Assembly: GCA_027031765.1 (NCBI GenBank)
Contig: JALVPN010000040.1
Location: 121,536-153,535, forward strand
From: Promethearchaeota archaeon
GTDB taxonomy: Archaea > Asgardarchaeota > Thorarchaeia > Thorarchaeales > Thorarchaeaceae
Length of the DNA: 32,000 nucleotides
Direction of reading: 5' to 3'
Part shown: one piece after another, positions 25,703 to 32,000 of the stretch
Layout: each line of letters opens with the position of its first letter
Numbering within the stretch: the first letter of the stretch is position 1
Program-made: the position numbers and the translations under genes
The notes under the pieces: generated by a model
Database searches by the model: none
Told to the model about the DNA's origin: nothing
Seen by the model: the letters and a program-made list of their open reading frames with translations, nothing else

Positions 25703-26168
25703 GTCGGCCTCCGCTATGACATGTTGGTCTTCGGTCAAGTACCACACCCAATACTCTGATGCTCCAATGACCTAACTACCTTCCACCATCAGTTTGTACG
25801 CTGGATGCCACACTGAAATCCCTTGAACAGGTCGGCTCGTCTGGCAGGTGACCTCCTACGGCCCACTCCGAATGAGAGGTGGGCGAAACTATTCGACCGA
25901 CAAAGTCATCGCCATGCTGATTAGCCCTCTTCGAGAGAACCCACCCCTACAGTTGCCCGCACCTCTCCTCTGTAACTGTAGACTCACTTGTCCCTTCAGT
26001 GCTTCCATCGCAGTCCCGTGTCCTCTCAACGCGGCCTGTTTCCGCCTGCAGCACCCAAGCGGCCCTAGGATTGGTGGGGCCGACACGTTCTCAGGCCACT
26101 CTTACCAGTCTTCAATGGTCTTCACTCTCAGGACAGAACTGCAAGACCACTCGAACTGCGCCCGTACG

Positions 26169-29100
26169 TTATTCCCATAGCAATGAGCTTGCACTAATGG
26201 CTTCCCATACAGTTGCCACTCTCAAATAGTCTGGCAGCATCATTCCGCTATCCAGATACTCTTCAGCCGACAAGATGCACACAATGCGATTCGTCGAACA
26301 CTCCCTGCACACCGCATCCGCACCGGTCTGTGCGAGCGTCTTGAGTCGCTCCTGACTTGGGAAGACGACTACCGATGTCTGTCCAGCACATATGTCATAG
26401 TTCTCGTGTCCTTTGCGCACATTGCCATAGGCACGCCTGAGCCGCTCCTCAAGTCTGACTATCACCTCATGTTTCACTTCTCCTAGAACCTTTGGTGTCA
26501 CTATCCAAAGACCTTCATCGAGCACCTCAAGTGCTACGTCCTGAATCCGGACAGCAACTAGCGTTTCATCTGCCAGCATCTCGACCAGTGCCTGACGTCC
26601 CTCTTCAATGTCAAGTGAAGTGACTCTACCCTTTGCAGACTGGGCTGCTGTTGTGTCAATGAACTGGACTAAGTCGTCCCATTCGACCCTGCCGTCTGCA
26701 GACTCTACAAAATCATGGAGGAGTTGAACCCATATCTTTTGCTCTGTCGCACGACTCATGGGTCTTGGTCGCCACTCCGCTATCGGACACATCAACGACT
26801 GCTCACCAGCTCGGCTGCCGCAATCCGTCGACGGCATGTCAGTGGCTACTTGGGCATCCCCAGCTCCAGACATGGTCATGGCCATTTCACCGTGATCCTG
26901 CTCCTCCTTGGATGGGGCGTCATGGGCCAACGCCTCGTCCACAACAGCATCAAGTGAAGATGCAAAGGCCGAAACAATCGTGACCGCATCGTATTCCTCC
27001 CCGTCGAGCAGCTCGCGAATCATGGTTGCCGCAACGCTTCCGCGCACTACTACCACTATGTTTTCGACCTCGTTTTCATGTCCAGAGCGTGTGTGAGCAA
27101 TCCTGTCAACTATCTCGTCCATCGTCCTCCTCTCAATGTGCTCCGGGACGACCATTACGAGTTGTCTATTGACAATCAGTTTTCTATTGTCAAGTCGTTT
27201 CACAGTCCCCCCTCTGCTCTTGACCGCCTCAGCGATGTACTCCATAATCACCCCGGCTACTGCTTCTCGCACCTTGCCCGCAAGCGCATACACAAACCCC
27301 CCTGCTGCAATGGCTATGGCCTCTCTTTCTAGCAGGCCGATTGCTAGCAGTTCATCGACTACCTCGTCAGTCCTTGCGCTTGGTATTATTCCCTCAATCA
27401 GGCTGCAAAGTGCGCTGTGCACAATTCCGGGCTTGACAGAGAGCCGTGCCGTAACAGATCTGACGACCTCGTCAAACAACGTGTCCGTCGCAATGGTCGT
27501 TCCACGTACTTCAGCCGTTTCTGCGTCTTGGTTCAGTGGTGTCACGGAGTCCTCGATTTCTGGGCTGTCTGTTGCATGAGAAGGCACAGCTCTGTCAACA
27601 CTCTTGAGAGGTTCTGTTTCGATTTCGAATGTTTCAGTACTGGGTATTGCGACAAGCGCATGTCCCCGTGGCATCACACGGAGGTACCTTTCCTGTTCGC
27701 TGTCAAGGGACATGTACCGTGCGCCAACAGCACTATCATACGGCAGTCGGAACATAATCCTAGTCGCAGCATTTGCAAGGATATTGGAAGAAACATTGGG
27801 CCGGGTTGACACGACAATAACTCCCTGACCTGTTGCTCTCTGTAGCAAGACCATAGACTCGCCCGTGCTCACATCAGCCGCATCTTGTCTAACATAGCTC
27901 TCTGGTACAAGGTTGCTTGCCTCCTCAAGTACGACTACATGCTGCAGCCCCCTTGCAAGACCACGCCTCATGCCATGGTCGAAAATCCTCTTTGCAACGA
28001 GGTTGTACAGTATGCGCGCGGCATCCATCCCTCCTACCATCGATACATATCTGAGGTCAAATACGACCCTCCGCCCCATCAACTCTGAGATTCTTATTGC
28101 GTCCTCCCCCCCTTTGAGGATTGACCCAAGTGGCTCCCGTGTTAGCACCCGAAGCCTGTTGACCAAGGCATCCCTTGTGAGCACGCCCACACCGCTAGCC
28201 TCGGCCACCCTCTCGACTATCATCTGCAACCCTCGGATAGACCCTTCATCAGACTGTACCGCCTCTAGCACGGCATCTGCTAGGAGACGCTCCATAGCGG
28301 GCGTCAACTCTGTAGACTCACTGCGCTCGTGCAGTAGCTCCCTGATAATCCTGAAGAGTGCATAGGCGTGTTGCTCCTCCTCTTCTCCGTCCTCCGCACG
28401 GAGGACATCGAGCACGACAGATGGGTCGAACCCAGGGGTCAGCACTGTCACATCATCGACTCCGTATGTGGAGAGGTCGGAGTACTCCGACCCTTTGACA
28501 TCAAAGATCCACCAAGGGACATCAGTCTTCTTACTGAGTTCCACCATCAGCGTCTTGACCATGGTGGTCTTGCCGGTTCCGGTTGCGCCTAGGACTAAGA
28601 CATGTTCAGTCAGCCACTCCGGCTGCAGCCCGACCGTTCTCAGCCTCCTTCCACGGAAAAGACAGTGCCCGATTACCAGCTGATTGTCAATCGCATCCGC
28701 TGGTGGTATGGGGAATGTCGGGACTCTGGCTGACGTCACTATTGGGAGCTGTTGGGTTGGAGGGCTGAAGTATGCAACGACCTTCTCGGCTGGCAAGCGT
28801 GTGGGTTGGATGTGCCGCCGTGTCACACGTCGTAACTGAGTACGCGTACTAGCTTTCATGTCCCTGACCTCGATTGTCCCGCTTCCTCCCCATATCGACA
28901 GTACAAGCCCCCTCATTGCGTCTAGGACAAGCGGATCATCGTTTCTGACTAAGACAATTGTCGTTGTGTCAAACCAGACGGCTTCGTTGGCAAGCGTTGC
29001 GTACTCCGATATGAGACGCTTCTTCAGCGCCTGATCCGCCAGACTGTCCTGGCTCCGCCGTTCTTTATCTCGAATTGACCTCCACTCGCTTTCCAGGTGC

Positions 29101-29981
29101 TTCCGCTCCTTTGAAGGCGCTGCCTTGGTGATTGTACATGACAGCGAAGCTGACCAACCCTGTTTCAGCAGAGTGGTCAGAAACCTGCCGACTTGGGAAT
29201 TCCCCCGGGTCATCTTGGCCATCGGGATACCACGAATGATGATACCCTTTTCTTTGCAGTGTCCGAGCTCCATCAGACCGCGGTCACCAGCAGCCTCACT
29301 TGAGCAGCTGCTCACTACTGCGCGTTGCAGTGCCTCCCCTGCCAGCATTGCTACTTGGGCACCATCAAACATTGTCAGCATTATGGCCTCCAGTCGAGTT
29401 GCCTCCCTCTGGAGCCCGTCCCTCAGCTCGGCTTCGGACTCGCCGACAAGCGTTACAACAATTCGCAAGAATGGGCTGCCCTCTGCAACGCCGGCCTCGT
29501 ATGTGACAGAAGTCCTGTTATCCATTCCCATGCGGATGGCAAGGAGCATCGATGTGTCATAGGTTGGCTGTTCCTCAGCTGTCAACTCCTCTATCTGGAG
29601 AGCCCCAAGCTGGAAGCATATACTACCAAAGACCTTGTTCCCCACTTCCACAAACAGGAACTCGCCATCTACAGAAACCACCGGCCTGTCGACAAGAAGA
29701 TGGATGACAGTCCTCATAGCTGCGGCGGAGGAAAGGCATCCACATATCAAGAGTTCAACCATGCGCCTTCCCGGGATGACGGGGACATGTGTGTCAGTGG
29801 CAAGCGGGATGAGATAGACCACCACCAGATAGCTTGTGCCAAAGATGAGTGCACACCACCATAATGCTGCAACAAAGGTCTCGAAACGCCTGTGTACATC
29901 ATGGAGTGCACCATCGTCCGAGTCTGCCCGGGACTCCTCGTACTTCTCTGGCTGCATCTGTAGTTGAGTGTCCACTGCCAT
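26169..29981 (-). CDS. Large membrane-anchored HerA/FtsK/VirB4-like (DUF87-type) ATPase with long N- and C-terminal extensions
   Basis: N-terminal hydrophobic helices; HVLVLGATGTGKTT Walker A, WWIFDVKGSEY, VVVLEEAS Walker B, GQGVIVVSTRP and ILANAATRIMFRL. Confidence 0.88.
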   Translation of the reverse strand: MAVDTQLQMQPEKYEESRADSDDGALHDVHRRFETFVAALWWCALIFGTSYLVVVYLIPLATDTHVPVIPGRRMVELLICGCLSSAAAMRTVIHLLVDRPVVSVDGEFLFVEVGNKVFGSICFQLGALQIEELTAEEQPTYDTSMLLAIRMGMDNRTSVTYEAGVAEGSPFLRIVVTLVGESEAELRDGLQREATRLEAIMLTMFDGAQVAMLAGEALQRAVVSSCSSEAAGDRGLMELGHCKEKGIIIRGIPMAKMTRGNSQVGRFLTTLLKQGWSASLSCTITKAAPSKERKHLESEWRSIRDKERRSQDSLADQALKKRLISEYATLANEAVWFDTTTIVLVRNDDPLVLDAMRGLVLSIWGGSGTIEVRDMKASTRTQLRRVTRRHIQPTRLPAEKVVAYFSPPTQQLPIVTSARVPTFPIPPADAIDNQLVIGHCLFRGRRLRTVGLQPEWLTEHVLVLGATGTGKTTMVKTLMVELSKKTDVPWWIFDVKGSEYSDLSTYGVDDVTVLTPGFDPSVVLDVLRAEDGEEEEQHAYALFRIIRELLHERSESTELTPAMERLLADAVLEAVQSDEGSIRGLQMIVERVAEASGVGVLTRDALVNRLRVLTREPLGSILKGGEDAIRISELMGRRVVFDLRYVSMVGGMDAARILYNLVAKRIFDHGMRRGLARGLQHVVVLEEASNLVPESYVRQDAADVSTGESMVLLQRATGQGVIVVSTRPNVSSNILANAATRIMFRLPYDSAVGARYMSLDSEQERYLRVMPRGHALVAIPSTETFEIETEPLKSVDRAVPSHATDSPEIEDSVTPLNQDAETAEVRGTTIATDTLFDEVVRSVTARLSVKPGIVHSALCSLIEGIIPSARTDEVVDELLAIGLLEREAIAIAAGGFVYALAGKVREAVAGVIMEYIAEAVKSRGGTVKRLDNRKLIVNRQLVMVVPEHIERRTMDEIVDRIAHTRSGHENEVENIVVVVRGSVAATMIRELLDGEEYDAVTIVSAFASSLDAVVDEALAHDAPSKEEQDHGEMAMTMSGAGDAQVATDMPSTDCGSRAGEQSLMCPIAEWRPRPMSRATEQKIWVQLLHDFVESADGRVEWDDLVQFIDTTAAQSAKGRVTSLDIEEGRQALVEMLADETLVAVRIQDVALEVLDEGLWIVTPKVLGEVKHEVIVRLEERLRRAYGNVRKGHENYDICAGQTSVVVFPSQERLKTLAQTGADAVCRECSTNRIVCILSAEEYLDSGMMLPDYLRVATVWEAISASSLLWE

Positions 29982-30182
29982 CCCAGATTTGTGTAGTTCT
30001 GCACTAATATGAACACCACACTTCTGGTCGCAGCACCATTTGTTCCCAGCCCAGTCCTGTGGCTCGCACAGCCTGCAAATGTGCTGTTTCTTTTGTGGGG
30101 CTTATATCCCTGAGTTCGGTAGCTACTCTAGAACCGAGTCTTGACACTGGCACAACCCAGCCATAGGGCAAGGTGTGTGATT

Positions 30183-32000
30183 GTGAGAATAGTTATCCCG
30201 TTGCTCCTGTGTATTGTCGCCCTTGTGGGTATCACTTGGCAGGTGGCATACTGTCGACAGGTGGTTGGAAATCCATCGACAGAGCCTACCGAGTCGGTAT
30301 TCCGTGGGGATGACATCCTACTTGCCGTACGGCTATTCCAAAACACCTCTTATCCTATCCAGCTCGCCGGCTTGCCAATTGAGTTCTATGACCAATCACT
30401 TGACCTGCTGATTGGTATAGCATATACTGACATCGAGGGCGTAGCCTCACTTGTCTGGCACATCCCTATCTGGCATCCCCTCGGCCCCACACTTGTCAAT
30501 GCGACTTTCCGTGGGAATGCCACCTTGGGTCTTGCCGCCTGCCACCAGTCTATGGACTATGTTGTCATGTTCCATCCTACTATTCAACTCAGTAGGTCAA
30601 CTTTCGTGGTGGCCGTTGGCGACAACTTCTCAATAGGTGTAGAGCTCCTCGACGACCAACAGGCCCCTCTAGCGGATCAGGTGGTTCGTCTTGTATGTAG
30701 GGGCACAATTCTTTCCGAAGGCACGACGAATGCCACGGGGTACAAAACCTTCCACATCCGGTGTACATCCACATGGGCTATGCAAGGGCAGAACGAGATA
30801 CTCGTAGTCTATGGCTCAAATACCACCACATTTGCTGGAAGCGCTCAGCAGAGCGTCGACGTGATTGTCCAGAAGATTGAAACACGACTATCAGTTGACT
30901 GGCCGTTCCCTGCATCCGTGTCCCTTGGTGACTTTTTCTCCTTGAACGTCAGTCTCCGCGAGGAAGACCGTCCAGTTCCATCTGCGCCACTCGAAATCCG
31001 GGTTGATGGAGTGCTCGTCAAGGTGCTCATGACTGACGAGTTCGGGCAGGCCACGCAGAACCTCCCTGTCGGCCCCGAATTCACGATTGGGGATCACAAT
31101 ATATCAGTATACTACGCAGGCAGTGACCGATATTCGCAGAGCGCAGTATCGTCTACCGTCCGGGTATACAGCCAAGCTGGCATCGCGACATATGTAGATG
31201 AACCCATCACTCTCGGGCGCGAGTGCTGTATGGTCGTTTCGGTGAGTGACCATTTCGGTCGCCCGGTGGAAAACCTGTCGGTCAACCTGTACGACCTCAC
31301 ACTGAATTTGACACTAGCACATCAGTCTGTCAACAGCAATAACACAACATTGTCCTTCATTGTACAGGGTGCTCCCGGGCCCCGGTACATCCAAGTCAGC
31401 GTCACTGGTAATGCATACCTCGTGAATGCTACTTGCAAAGTCCAGATTGTTGTCTGGCGTGCGACCTCGCTCGTCATTGTAGAAGAGTCCATTCTCGGAT
31501 ACGCCTATCCTGGACAGAGAGTGTTTCTTGCAGTGCAGTTGCTCTCAAGTGACAATCATTCCCTGCCTAGCAGGGCGGTGCATGCTCATTTGAATGAGGA
31601 TGTATCCTGTAGGCTCTATACGACAGACCCGTTGGGCCTCATCCGCTTTGAGTGCCGTGCACCATCGGTTCTCGGCTCTTACAACCTCACCCTGACCTAT
31701 CCGGGTCGACCCGAGAACTACGAACTCCCGGCGTCATTGGACTACTCTTTCCAAGTCACAAGATGTATTCCCACACGCATATCCGTTGGGAAGTGGGAAG
31801 TCGTTGAACCACTCAAGCTCCTCCAAGTTGAGGTACTGCCCCTCGCACTTAATGGATCCTTTGTGAACCACGCTATAGTCCTATTTGAGTGGCTCGGCTT
31901 TCGGGGTAGTGTCAGCAGTTGCGGACTTCCCGTCACCCTATCTCTTCCACTGCCAGACCGGCCTGGAAACCATTCACTCGTCCTTCGTCTTGCTGCAACA
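30183..32000 (+). CDS. Secreted or surface glycoprotein with tandem Ig-like (Big) repeats; 3'-truncated by the window edge
   Basis: Hand translation gives 606 codons without a stop (absent from the track because it has no stop). It has a signal-like VRIVIPLLLCIVALVGITW, repeats of the type PL.G..I.F......G...TD..G.A......P....G...I...Y.G, at least 15 N-x-S/T sequons, and an AGGTG RBS. Confidence 0.88.
   Translation, partial: MRIVIPLLLCIVALVGITWQVAYCRQVVGNPSTEPTESVFRGDDILLAVRLFQNTSYPIQLAGLPIEFYDQSLDLLIGIAYTDIEGVASLVWHIPIWHPLGPTLVNATFRGNATLGLAACHQSMDYVVMFHPTIQLSRSTFVVAVGDNFSIGVELLDDQQAPLADQVVRLVCRGTILSEGTTNATGYKTFHIRCTSTWAMQGQNEILVVYGSNTTTFAGSAQQSVDVIVQKIETRLSVDWPFPASVSLGDFFSLNVSLREEDRPVPSAPLEIRVDGVLVKVLMTDEFGQATQNLPVGPEFTIGDHNISVYYAGSDRYSQSAVSSTVRVYSQAGIATYVDEPITLGRECCMVVSVSDHFGRPVENLSVNLYDLTLNLTLAHQSVNSNNTTLSFIVQGAPGPRYIQVSVTGNAYLVNATCKVQIVVWRATSLVIVEESILGYAYPGQRVFLAVQLLSSDNHSLPSRAVHAHLNEDVSCRLYTTDPLGLIRFECRAPSVLGSYNLTLTYPGRPENYELPASLDYSFQVTRCIPTRISVGKWEVVEPLKLLQVEVLPLALNGSFVNHAIVLFEWLGFRGSVSSCGLPVTLSLPLPDRPGNHSLVLRLAAT

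Noticed and set aside
25750-26168. ORFs 25848-26180 (+) and 25889-26086 (-) between the big ATPase and TFB
   Set aside because: No motifs or RBS and mutually overlapping; treated as intergenic or decayed sequence.
143-31936. Numerous 60-180 aa antisense or alternate-frame ORFs in the track overlapping the called genes
   Set aside because: They are shadows of well-supported CDSs on the opposite strand or frame, with no independent motifs.

Overview
Archaeal chromosomal window, roughly 55% GC by eye. It has an archaeal NAC, TFB and uS10, and GGTGA/GGAGG ribosome-binding sites. The repertoire looks Asgard (Thorarchaeia-like), but that is an inference, not a database result. Housekeeping and metabolic genes: nac, an isolated V/A-ATPase subunit D, an ADP-forming acyl-CoA ligase alpha subunit, hypF, iorAB, a split LKR + saccharopine dehydrogenase pair, a COG1665-like nucleotidyltransferase, rpsJ and glmS. 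I found no tRNA, rRNA, CRISPR array or transposase. Three things stand out. (1) A probable replication origin at about 12.45-12.69 kb: two inverted 21-bp ORB elements flank a ~73% AT tract and are bracketed by two identical palindromes, with no cdc6/orc1 next to it. A further near-perfect ORB lies 4.4 kb away beside a winged-helix gene. (2) An ExeA-like AAA+ ATPase/ribbon-helix-helix (RHH) two-gene operon is surrounded by intergenic arrays of a GTA(T/A)TAC heptad in 9-bp register. This is a candidate non-ParA, origin-proximal partition or regulatory system. (3) A candidate DNA-transfer/cell-contact cluster: a 1270-aa membrane HerA/VirB4-like ATPase, a divergent TFB paralogue, a VirB11/TadA-like ATPase, a VirB2-like pilin, and a divergent Ig-repeat surface glycoprotein that is missing from the supplied ORF track. 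There is also a SufS-like protein that has lost its PLP-binding lysine. All family calls come from motif recognition by eye.
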